Of a DNA stretch of 64,000 nt, positions 19,474-27,971 are shown piece by piece. Made by a program: the position numbers and the translations under genes. Location of the stretch: positions 32,001 to 96,000 of the forward strand of contig JBEKBM010000002.1 of NCBI GenBank assembly GCA_050015395.1, in the 5' to 3' direction. Below the pieces are notes generated by a model, which was not told the origin of the DNA, ran no database searches, and was given only the letters and a program-made list of their open reading frames with translations. Position 1 is the first letter of the stretch. Each line of letters begins with the position of its first letter. This DNA comes from Candidatus Bathyarchaeia archaeon. Its GTDB lineage: Archaea > Thermoproteota > Bathyarchaeia > Bathyarchaeales > Bathycorpusculaceae.

Positions 19474-19572
19474 AGCTCCAGCTCGGCTACGTCTTGGGTC
19501 AAAAATGTCGGTGGGCAAGTCTTCATTGCAAAAGCAAACAATAAGGGAGCAACCATAAAACTTGTCAATTAA
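19457..19572 (+). pseudogene. Deletion scar of beta-ribofuranosylaminobenzene-5'-phosphate (RFAP) synthase, GHMP family
   Basis: LKVYVKAPARLRLG (N-terminus-like) joined out of frame to KNVGGQVFIAKANNKGATIKLVN* (C-terminus-like). Confidence 0.7.
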
Positions 19573-21136
19573 AACAGGTAAAGTTCTCTTGATTACAGGT
19601 GCGCTGGCAGAGGACACGGTTAAACGCTATGCACAAGAAAGCAGCGTAAACACCGAAATAGTTGCCCTCAAGATTCCAGTTGCTGCCCTGTTAACTCCTG
19701 AAACCATCGCCAAAGGCCTAAAAGATGTTGACGTTAAGGGTTTTGACGTGATTTTGGTGCCAGGGCTCGTCCGAGGAGACACATCCGTAATTACAAAAGC
19801 GTTCGGCGTCCAGACCTTTAAAGGTCCAAGGTACGCTGCAGATTTGCCAACGGTGCTGGATTCGCTGAGAGAAGTTCAGCTTTCAACAGTTGTGCCCGCG
19901 TGCGATTTGCTGCGAGAGAAGCTTCAGAAAAAAGCCTTGAAGGAAATAGAGAAGGCAGAGCAAAATCGTGAGGCGCTGCTTAAGAAGCCTAGCAGCATGC
20001 TGATTGGGGACTTGGCGGTTGGCAGAGACTTTCCCATGCGCGTCTTGGCTGAAATCGTTGATGCACCATTAATGGATAAGGAAACAATTCAGCGGTTAGC
20101 AAAACGTTTCGTCATGGCTGGCGCGGACATTATTGATGTTGGTATGGTTGCAGGCGAATCGAAGCCTTCAGATGCCAGACGTATTGTTCAAGCGGTTAAA
20201 GAGGTTGTGGATGTGCCTGTGAGCATAGATTCGCTTGACCCAGCAGAGATTCGAGAGGCGGTTCACGCTGGCGTAGACCTCGTATTGAGTGCGGATGCAG
20301 GAAACATTGAAGCGATTGCACCCTATATCTCTAATGTTGCTGTGGTTGTTATTCCGACAAATCAGCGCCAGGGCTATTTTCCTAAAAAAGCTGAAGAACG
20401 CGTCCAGTTACTAGAGCAAATAATTCAGCAAGCAAAGAAGTTAGGCGTGACAAGATGCATAGCGGATTTGATTCTTGAGCCATCAGACGTTTTGGAATCG
20501 TTTATTGCTTTTCGCCAATTCGCTGACAGAAACCCGAATGTGCCGTTGTTTGTTGGTGTTTCGAATGTTACTGAATTGATGGATGCGGATTCCGTGGGCA
20601 TTAATGCTTTGCTGGCGCGCTTATCATCTGAGGTGGGCGCAAGCATACTGTTGGCGACCGAAAAAAGTGACAAAGCGAAAGGAACTGTTGGCGAGGAAGT
20701 TGCTGCGGCTAAGATGATGTTTCTGGCAAAAAAACGTTGTTCAGTCCCCAAAGATCTCGGCGTAGACTTGCTGTTGTTTAAGGACAAAAGGAACCGGGAA
20801 GAACTGTATGATAAAGCGTTTGAAAAAAACGTGCAGGTGATTGCGGCCGAAAAATCGGATTTGACAGAATTGGATGCACTGGGTTCATTCACAATCGTGG
20901 TGGACCGCATTAATGAATACGTCGTGGCGTTGCATTATTCTCATGCGAAGATGGAGAAACCGGATAAGATAATCAAGGGCAAAACCGCTGAAGCCATCTG
21001 CTCAAAGATTATTGAATTAGGTTTGGTTTCAAGAGAAGACCACGTAGCGTACTTGGGAAGCGAATTGGCAAAAGCCGAAATCGCCCTGCGAACAGGGAAA
21101 GAGTACATTCAAGATAGAGCGATGTTTACAAAGTAG
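19562..21136 (+). CDS. Dihydropteroate-synthase-related protein (pterin-binding TIM barrel with extra N- and C-terminal domains)
   Basis: VLAEIVDAP, GADIIDVG, PVSIDS, GVSNVTELMDADS.GIN, HVAYLGSELAKAE. Confidence 0.88.
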   Translation: MSIKTGKVLLITGALAEDTVKRYAQESSVNTEIVALKIPVAALLTPETIAKGLKDVDVKGFDVILVPGLVRGDTSVITKAFGVQTFKGPRYAADLPTVLDSLREVQLSTVVPACDLLREKLQKKALKEIEKAEQNREALLKKPSSMLIGDLAVGRDFPMRVLAEIVDAPLMDKETIQRLAKRFVMAGADIIDVGMVAGESKPSDARRIVQAVKEVVDVPVSIDSLDPAEIREAVHAGVDLVLSADAGNIEAIAPYISNVAVVVIPTNQRQGYFPKKAEERVQLLEQIIQQAKKLGVTRCIADLILEPSDVLESFIAFRQFADRNPNVPLFVGVSNVTELMDADSVGINALLARLSSEVGASILLATEKSDKAKGTVGEEVAAAKMMFLAKKRCSVPKDLGVDLLLFKDKRNREELYDKAFEKNVQVIAAEKSDLTELDALGSFTIVVDRINEYVVALHYSHAKMEKPDKIIKGKTAEAICSKIIELGLVSREDHVAYLGSELAKAEIALRTGKEYIQDRAMFTK

Positions 21137-21398
21137 TGGTTTCAGAAGCCAACTTTTCTTGCGTTGATTTTGCTTCATAAAATCTTCTCCAAAAACAACA
21201 CTTCGATATTGACACATAAATGTAAATTTTGACTGCTGAAAAAGCATGGGAAAAACCCCCAGATTAGTCGCCTGATTTTAGGGTTATTTTGCTTATAGCG
21301 CCTATTTTTGAACCATTTTAGTGGATGCGTCAGAATGTTTAGCCTTTAGCAAATTTTAAATACAAATTGAAGTCAATTGTAACTTTGAGGTTATTAGA

Positions 21399-21449
21399 GT
21401 GGCTAAGGCTCCAAAGAAAGAAGATAAAAAGGGTAAAAAGAAGAAATAA
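21399..21449 (+). CDS. Putative 16-aa Lys-rich peptide MAKAPKKEDKKGKKKK
   Basis: GTG start after GAGGT SD, TATA-like TTTTAAATA ~45 nt upstream, T-rich tract downstream. Confidence 0.55.
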   Translation: MAKAPKKEDKKGKKKK

Positions 21450-21654
21450 GGCGCTTTCAAAGTTTGCCTAAACCCTCATTTTCTTTTTTCACAAAAAATA
21501 CTCGCTTCCTTCAATGATGTGGCAAATTAGACATAAAAAGTGTTATAACTATTCAAAATAGCACCTTAGCCTTTTTTTTGACGGGTTGAAGTAATTGGCT
21601 AAACGAAGCTTTATCTTTTTAAAAGTAAATAACTAGATTGAACAGTGAATATGT

Positions 21655-22578
21655 TTGGAAAGCAATCCGTTAAGTACACGCCTTGCAGGCTTGGAGCTGG
21701 AAAACCCAACCATTCTGGCATCTGGAATATTGGGTTACTCGGCTGAATCGCTTCACCGCGTTGCCAAGGGCGGCGCAGGAGCGGTAGTTACAAAATCCAT
21801 CGGTATAGAACCAAGAGTTGGCTATGCGAATCCAACGGTGGTTCAGGCAGAAAGCGGATTAATCAACGCTATGGGGCTGCCGAACCCTGGCATCGACTTG
21901 TACGCACAAGAAATAAAGTACTCAAAAATCATCTTGCGCCTTCCGCTTATAGTTAGCGTGTTTGGTTACTCAGCAGAGGAATACGCAACAGTTGCCAAAA
22001 AAGCCGTTGCTGCAGGCGCCGACGCAGTCGAGCTTAATGTTTCCTGTCCGCATGTTAAGCAAACTGGCGCAGAAATCGGTCAAAACCCTAAACTGCTCTC
22101 TGAAGTGGTTGAAATGGTGAAGGCGGCAGTTGGTAAACCTGTAATTGTGAAGCTATCTCCAAACGTTGCAGATATAGCCGCAATAGCTCGGGCAGCAGTT
22201 GAGTCTGGCGCAGACGCTCTAACCGCTGTGAACACGCTGAAGGCGATGGCGATTGATTCTGAAACGATGCGTCCAATTTTAAGCAATATTAAAGGCGGCT
22301 TGTCTGGTCCAGCCATCAAGCCAGTAGCCCTACGATGCGTATATGACATTCGCGAGGAGTTGCCTGATGTGCCAATAATAGGCTGCGGCGGAATAACGGA
22401 TTGGCGTGATGCCGTTGAGTTTTTCTTAGCTGGCGCTTCCGCAGTTCAAGTTGGCAGTGCCATAGCGTTGGAGGACACGGAGGTTTTCCAAGCTATAACT
22501 AAGGGAGTGGAAGTTTATTTGAGAAAGAAACATGTTGGGAGTGTGAGAGAAATTGTCGGCCTCGCTCATCGCAGCTAA
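21655..22578 (+). CDS. pyrD: Dihydroorotate dehydrogenase 1B, catalytic subunit
   Basis: ASG, VTKS, NAMGLPNPG, ELNVSCPH, VKLSPN, GGLSG. Confidence 0.95.
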   Translation: MESNPLSTRLAGLELENPTILASGILGYSAESLHRVAKGGAGAVVTKSIGIEPRVGYANPTVVQAESGLINAMGLPNPGIDLYAQEIKYSKIILRLPLIVSVFGYSAEEYATVAKKAVAAGADAVELNVSCPHVKQTGAEIGQNPKLLSEVVEMVKAAVGKPVIVKLSPNVADIAAIARAAVESGADALTAVNTLKAMAIDSETMRPILSNIKGGLSGPAIKPVALRCVYDIREELPDVPIIGCGGITDWRDAVEFFLAGASAVQVGSAIALEDTEVFQAITKGVEVYLRKKHVGSVREIVGLAHRS

Positions 22579-23371
22579 CACGCTTAGAACGATGGAAATC
22601 GTGCAGGTTAGAGTTGAGAGTCCAACCGTTAAAACTTTCATCATGCCTGATAGGTTATGCTCTAAAGCTAAGCCAGGGCAGTTCTTGATGCTTTGGATTC
22701 CAGGCGTGGATGAAATCCCGCTGAGCATAATGGACGCAAGTAACGGGCTGGTCTCCGTGTCGGTGAAGCAGGTTGGCGATGCAACACGGCATTTGCACAG
22801 CATGGCGGCAGGCGAAACCGTCGGCGTACGCGGACCTTTCGGTAACAGTTTCACTGAAAGCAGAGGCAGAGTCCTCTTGGTAAGCGGTGGAACGGGAACG
22901 GCGCCTTTGCTGTTTTTGGCAAAGCAGCTTTCAGCTAAAACTGAACGGTTGTCCTTCGTTGAAGGCGCCAAAACCAAAGATGAACTGCTCTTTATTCGGG
23001 AGCTTAACGGTGTCTGTAATGAGAAAAGCTTGATTACAACAACAGAAGACGGCACATACGGCTTGCAATGCTTAGTAACTGAGCCATTAAACAGCCTGTT
23101 GGACAGAGAAAAATTCGACATGATCTACACATGCGGTCCAGAAGTCATGATAAAGAAAATCTTTGAATTAACAGAACAACGCAAACTGCCCATAGAAGCA
23201 AGCCTAGAGAGGCTAATGCGCTGCGGCATAGGCTTATGCGGAAGCTGCGTCATCGGCAAATACCGCGTCTGCAGAGATGGCCCAGTTTTCACCGCTGCAC
23301 AATTGAGGGAAGTTAAGGACGAGCTGGGAATTTCGAAGATTGGCTTTGACGGCTCGAGAATACCCTTCTAA
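22553..23371 (+). CDS. pyrK: Dihydroorotate dehydrogenase electron-transfer subunit
   Basis: PGQFLM, RGPFG, GGTG, CGPE, MRCGIGLCGSC..C.DGPVF. Confidence 0.93.
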   Translation: MSASLIAANTLRTMEIVQVRVESPTVKTFIMPDRLCSKAKPGQFLMLWIPGVDEIPLSIMDASNGLVSVSVKQVGDATRHLHSMAAGETVGVRGPFGNSFTESRGRVLLVSGGTGTAPLLFLAKQLSAKTERLSFVEGAKTKDELLFIRELNGVCNEKSLITTTEDGTYGLQCLVTEPLNSLLDREKFDMIYTCGPEVMIKKIFELTEQRKLPIEASLERLMRCGIGLCGSCVIGKYRVCRDGPVFTAAQLREVKDELGISKIGFDGSRIPF

Positions 23372-23384
23372 ACGGCGTTTTATC

Positions 23385-23672
23385 ATGAGTTTGCCTCAGG
23401 CGGAAATGGAAGAGCTCGTTCGCAAAGCCATCCTTCTCTACAACAGGGTTAGGAGCCCAGAGGTCACGGTTAAACTTATGTTCGTCTCGCCTGCGATGCT
23501 TAAGGTTTCTTTTTTGGGAGGCTTTTGCTACGGCTGTGGCGTAATGGATTATGTGGAAGGGTTCGCTCAACAATTCAAAGCCTTAAGCGGCAAAGCAGAG
23601 CTGAAGATTGGAAAAACAAAGCAGATAAACCCAAGAAACTTCGAAGCAGACTACATCATCAAAATCAAATGA
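23385..23672 (+). CDS. Hypothetical protein with GxFCxxCG motif
   Basis: FLGGFCYGCG; 13 nt downstream of pyrK on the same strand. Confidence 0.7.
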   Translation: MSLPQAEMEELVRKAILLYNRVRSPEVTVKLMFVSPAMLKVSFLGGFCYGCGVMDYVEGFAQQFKALSGKAELKIGKTKQINPRNFEADYIIKIK

Positions 23673-23724
23673 GCAAGGGCTTCATCCAAAAAGGTGTCCA
23701 TTAGCTCTGTGAAACGGGGGCCGA

Positions 23725-24087
23725 TTAATCGGAACTACGTACAGTTTCTTCTTTCATTTTAGTTAATGCTTCTTCAACTAAAGGTAGCACCGTGGGCAAG
23801 CGCTCTTTAATTGTCTTCCACACAACATCGAGTTGAACACCAAAATATCCATGTATCAATTTATCTCTCATTCCAGCCATATCTTTCCAAGGCACCTTTG
23901 GGTATTCCTGTCTTATCCTTCCAGGTATGTGCTTAGTAGCTTCACCAATAATCTCAAAATTCCTAATTACCGCATCAACGGTTCTTCTATCTTTAGCAAA
24001 TGCATCATAAGTCAGCCCTTTTGTGTACTCCTCTATGGCGTTAATGGCTTCAATTATATCTTCAATGTAAACCTGAAAATCTCTCAA
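23725..24087 (-). CDS. HEPN/DUF86 (HepT-type) RNase toxin
   Basis: AVIRNFEIIGEA, RDKLIHGY (RX4HXY). Confidence 0.92.
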   Translation of the reverse strand: MRDFQVYIEDIIEAINAIEEYTKGLTYDAFAKDRRTVDAVIRNFEIIGEATKHIPGRIRQEYPKVPWKDMAGMRDKLIHGYFGVQLDVVWKTIKERLPTVLPLVEEALTKMKEETVRSSD

Positions 24088-24377
24088 AGGTAAACAGTCT
24101 CGCTTAAAATTTTTTCTTTCAGGCGAGGTTTAATGCCTTCTTTCATAACGAGGTCAACTTTCACTCCCAAAATATCGCTTAAATAATTTTCAAGCTCAAC
24201 AAACGAGAAAAGGTCGATTGTTTCATAAAAGGTAACCAGTATATCTACATCACTTTTTTTCGTTTGCTCTTCTCTCACGTAAGAGCCAAAAATTCCAATA
24301 TCTTTAACTTTGAATTTTTTCGAGAGTTCTTCCTTGTGTTCAGCTAAAGTTTCTTTTAGCTTTTCAAGTGTTTTCAT
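24084..24377 (-). CDS. Minimal nucleotidyltransferase antitoxin (MntA-type)
   Basis: FGSYVR..SDVDILV; overlaps the HEPN gene. Confidence 0.92.
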   Translation of the reverse strand: MKTLEKLKETLAEHKEELSKKFKVKDIGIFGSYVREEQTKKSDVDILVTFYETIDLFSFVELENYLSDILGVKVDLVMKEGIKPRLKEKILSETVYL

Positions 24378-24499
24378 TTCTATCTGCAAATGAGTAAGTA
24401 TATTTACCTTTTAAAGGATGCGTGAAATAACTTATTGAGGCATAAGATTGCCAACTAAAAGATTGTTTAAACAAAAACCGGCTGCGTAAGAGCATCAGT

Positions 24500-24522
24500 G
24501 AGGGTTAATTCCCATCCCCAGG
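24500..24522 (+). repeat. tRNA-3'-end-like (att-like) motif, copy 1
   Basis: gagggttaattcccatccccag; related copies at 25360 and 27277. Confidence 0.55.
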
Positions 24523-24608
24523 TAAGCTTTCTCATTTAGATTTTTATGAATAGTAGGAATCTTCTTATCATACGGGTTTGTTATACTGTATTGGTAATAC
24601 CTGTGGCA

Positions 24609-24833
24609 ATGGACGAAACTGTTTGCGCAAAGGTTCCAGCTGAACTTAAGAAAAAGTTATCCAGCTTAGGCGTAAATGTAAGTGAACTGATAAGAGAAAC
24701 CTTGCAGTCAGAAGTAGACCGATTGGAAAGAGAACGCCTAAACAAACTCGCCAAAGAGGTATCAGAAATTCTTAAAAAGATTCCACCTGAAGAATTTAAT
24801 GAATCCATTCGGGCTACAAGGGACAGCAGATGA
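24609..24833 (+). CDS. vapB: RHH-type antitoxin (VapB-like)
   Basis: TVCAKVPAELKKKL..VNVSELIR..; ATGA overlap with the PIN gene. Confidence 0.8.
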   Translation: MDETVCAKVPAELKKKLSSLGVNVSELIRETLQSEVDRLERERLNKLAKEVSEILKKIPPEEFNESIRATRDSR

Positions 24834-25252
24834 CAAAGTCGCAGTTACTGTTTGACTCTAACGCCATATACAAGCTTATTAGAGAACTGCCACAGGACGC
24901 CGTTGAAAAACTAGTTAAAGGCACAACGATTTATTTAGCGTACTACGAGCTGGGCAATGCGTTGTGGAGAGAATGTCTTTTGCTTAAAAGGATAAGTATT
25001 GAAGAGGCTGAAAAATCATTGGATTTGATGTACTCGATTCTTGAACGTATGCAGGTAGCCTCGCTTGATAATGAGACAGGAAGCGAAGTATTGGACACTG
25101 CGTACAAATTTAACTTGACATTTTATGACACAGCTTATCTTATAGAGGCAAAGAAATCTGACAAGATGTTAGTCACAGACGACATAAAACTTGCCAAAGC
25201 AGCAGAAAACTTGGGCATAAAAACCTTATCCAGCAAGACGCTTATGCAATAA
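24830..25252 (+). CDS. vapC: PIN-domain toxin (VapC)
   Basis: LFDSNA, YELGNAL, LTFYDTAY, LVTDD. Confidence 0.9.
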   Translation: MTKSQLLFDSNAIYKLIRELPQDAVEKLVKGTTIYLAYYELGNALWRECLLLKRISIEEAEKSLDLMYSILERMQVASLDNETGSEVLDTAYKFNLTFYDTAYLIEAKKSDKMLVTDDIKLAKAAENLGIKTLSSKTLMQ

Positions 25253-25359
25253 TTGTCTGACAAACTTGAGACGCAATTGGAAAAAAGGCAACAGACTAAC
25301 TGTTTATTTAGCCTTCACGTTAGGCATCAATAATTAGACCGACTGCAGAGCTGTTGTAT

Positions 25360-25382
25360 ATGGGTTCAATTCCCATCCCCAG
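25360..25382 (+). repeat. tRNA-3'-end-like (att-like) motif, copy 2, with a complete T-arm
   Basis: ATGGG-TTCAATT-CCCAT stem-loop followed by CCCCAG. Confidence 0.6.
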
Positions 25383-25525
25383 TTCAATTTCTAAGTTCAG
25401 TGCTTGGATTACTTTATAGAATCATCGAATTAGCCAAGCGGTGTACCTTATGCGCAATCTTATTACCTTAGGCAATGCCCAAAGTAAGTTAAAGATTAAG
25501 AATAAGATACTGGCGGTAAATTGCT

Positions 25526-26419
25526 GTGCATGCTTTGGAATTGAATGATGTATCTTCGGGGTATAATGGGCAAATCGTCTTGCATAATATTAGCTTTAAA
25601 CTGCAAGAGCCGTCAATATATGTTGTTTTAGGCCCTAACGGCGCGGGCAAGACAACTTTGTTCAGAACAATCGCTGGCATACTAGAGCCATACAGCGGGA
25701 AGATCCTGCTCGATAACGAAAACACAACAACATCAGGCGAAGTGAGAACAAGAATGAGCTATCTCTCACAGTATAACGCAATGCCTGAAGAGATGACTGT
25801 GTATGACGCACTAAAGTTTTATTCTGATATAGAAGGCGGAAATCCTGACGAGGTGATTGATCTGCTGGACCTTGGCCAACTGAAAAATAAAAAGTTCTCT
25901 GATCTTTCACAGGGACAAAAAAAGAGAGCTGCCATCGCAAAGGTGTTTCTTCACGAAAGCGATTTGTACTTGCTGGATGAACCCACCGCGAATTTAGACC
26001 CAGCGGTTTCAAAGGAAATCCGAGACATCATTCTAAAACTAAGTAAAGACAAAATGATTCTGTACTCTTCCCATAACCTCTATGAAGCAACCGACATTGG
26101 AACATACCTAATTTTAATCAAAAACGGTTCCGTAACATTGTTTGATAAGATCTCAAACATTAAACCGAAACAGTACCGAGTAGGCATCAAAGCCTCAACA
26201 GACATATCAAGAATTATAGACGCCCAACGCGAGGGCGATTACTTTGTTTTGAATGTGTCTAGCCCCGAGGAAGCAGGGCTCGCGTTGAAGAAATTGGTTG
26301 AAAGTGGGGTTTTGGTAACTGAAATGCGTCAGCTTGATAATCCCTTGCAAGAGCTTTTTGAGTCATCCAGTGAAAAAACGGAAAAAACACAAAAGGAGCC
26401 ACAGCAAGTTGCCAAATAA
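25526..26419 (+). CDS. ABC-2-type exporter ATP-binding subunit
   Basis: GPNGAGKTT, LSQGQ signature, LLDEPT, SSH. Confidence 0.93.
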   Translation: MHALELNDVSSGYNGQIVLHNISFKLQEPSIYVVLGPNGAGKTTLFRTIAGILEPYSGKILLDNENTTTSGEVRTRMSYLSQYNAMPEEMTVYDALKFYSDIEGGNPDEVIDLLDLGQLKNKKFSDLSQGQKKRAAIAKVFLHESDLYLLDEPTANLDPAVSKEIRDIILKLSKDKMILYSSHNLYEATDIGTYLILIKNGSVTLFDKISNIKPKQYRVGIKASTDISRIIDAQREGDYFVLNVSSPEEAGLALKKLVESGVLVTEMRQLDNPLQELFESSSEKTEKTQKEPQQVAK

Positions 26420-27083
26420 TACATTGATTTTCGCTAAAAGAAGCCTCAGTTTGAGCAAAATATATTCTGGAATGGGGATTTTCTTTGCTGCCTTTGGAAC
26501 CTTCATAGCAGACGCCATTACCTTTCTTGCTAAAGGTGCGCCTGAAGCAGTTTTTCTTATTGCTGTTCCGTTTATGGCTCTTGGAATTCTTATATTCACC
26601 ACATCTATTATTCTGCTTTACGTCTATGACAAAAACAATGGAGTTTTGGAGTATCTACTTTCACTCGGCTGGAGTCAAAGCGACATCTTTAAAAGTTACT
26701 TAAAAACCGCGCTCTTCCTTGCACTAACTCTTTTCATTGCCGAATTCGCCGCCAATGTCGTCTCAAGCGTTATTGCAGGGACAACACTTTTAGCTCTAGT
26801 GCTGTTAGCTCTCACCGCCGCGCTTGGTTTCTCTGCCGTTTCTTTAGCTACAGTTTCTATGATGGCTTTCAGTTCATTACAAAAACAGAGAGTGGGCGCC
26901 AATAGTCCTCTTGCTTTGACGATCGGCGCCGTGGTTATCATTCCAACATTTTATATTTCGTTCTTACCATTTTCTATCGCCTTCCTAGTTGACTTGTCTA
27001 TTGCTGTGGTTGCAGGTGGCCTGTCAATTGTGTTGCTGATTTTGTCAAGCAGACTAATTAGAAGGGAAAAAATGCTTCCATAA
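26409..27083 (+). CDS. ABC-2-type permease (~6 TM)
   Basis: Hydrophobic helices, DKNNGVLEYLLS motif; overlaps the ATPase end. Confidence 0.8.
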   Translation: MPNNTLIFAKRSLSLSKIYSGMGIFFAAFGTFIADAITFLAKGAPEAVFLIAVPFMALGILIFTTSIILLYVYDKNNGVLEYLLSLGWSQSDIFKSYLKTALFLALTLFIAEFAANVVSSVIAGTTLLALVLLALTAALGFSAVSLATVSMMAFSSLQKQRVGANSPLALTIGAVVIIPTFYISFLPFSIAFLVDLSIAVVAGGLSIVLLILSSRLIRREKMLP

Positions 27084-27276
27084 AAATATCGGGTGAATAA
27101 TAATGATAGTAACAAAAGAATTAACAAAAAGGTTCAAGTTCGGCTCGGCTTGCTTGTTTTTTTGATGCTCATTTTTATAAGCAGCTTTATCGATCTGAAG
27201 TTTTCAAGGTAATTAAGTATGCAAACCACTTCCTTAAACCCTAAGCGGGGAAGGGAATCGCACCTCAAATCAAAAG

Positions 27277-27288
27277 CCCATCCCCAGC
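27277..27288 (+). repeat. att-like motif, copy 3 (partial)
   Basis: cccatccccagc. Confidence 0.4.
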
Positions 27289-27381
27289 TTTTTAGGCGAA
27301 TCCTAAGCTTTTTGATGAGTTGTTTGAGTTTTTCTATGTGGTGTTGTCTAAAGCGGTTTGGGTTGTTATGAGGTTATGTTG

Positions 27382-27786
27382 TTAGAGGTTTTTTCGGATT
27401 TCTTTGATTTTGTCGAGTAGTTTTGTTTCGGTGCTTTCTGGGGAATTTGCCTCGGGTGGGGGCATAGTATCGTTTGGGTTGCCTGCGGGGCTGATTGTGG
27501 CTTCAAATATGGCGCCTGCAAAGCTCTTTTCCTCCTTGCGCTCGAGGATTTTCATGGTGAGTTTTGGCACTGTTAGGCGTCCGTCAATGGCTGTTTTTGC
27601 CAGGAACTCTTCTTCTCCGTAGCTTTCTGGCTCGAGGGGTTTGACGGAGACTTTTAGCAGTTCACCTGACTCCATTTTGTAGCGCCACCGCAGAAGTGTT
27701 GGAACCGCAAGCCGGTTGTGGCGTTGGAGTTTAGCTTTGAATGTTTCCTGCTTTGTTAGCGGCATGTAGGATGCACCTTTTCCCAT
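27382..27786 (-). CDS. Tandem AbrB-like DNA-binding protein
   Basis: Two repeats: FKAKLQRHNRLAVP and FLAKTAIDGRLTVP. Confidence 0.65.
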   Translation of the reverse strand: MGKGASYMPLTKQETFKAKLQRHNRLAVPTLLRWRYKMESGELLKVSVKPLEPESYGEEEFLAKTAIDGRLTVPKLTMKILERKEEKSFAGAIFEATISPAGNPNDTMPPPEANSPESTETKLLDKIKEIRKNL

Positions 27787-27971
27787 CTTCCCGTATCTTT
27801 CTCTACCTTTTTATATCTTTTTTAACCCTGACCTGCAACAGGTTCAAACGCTAAACCAAAAAACCAACCCAAAACACAAACACCCAAAACCCTCCCCCTA
27901 CCACTTTTTACAACAAAAAACCACTAAAGCATCGACGCAAAAGTCAAAAAACAATCAAAAAAAAGAAGAGC

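Noticed and set aside
25340-25400. Complete tRNA gene
   Set aside because: Only a T-arm and 3' acceptor-like strand are present; no D-arm, anticodon arm or pairing 5' strand
23725-27290. Intact provirus or integrative element
   Set aside because: No integrase, replication or capsid genes; only relic-level evidence
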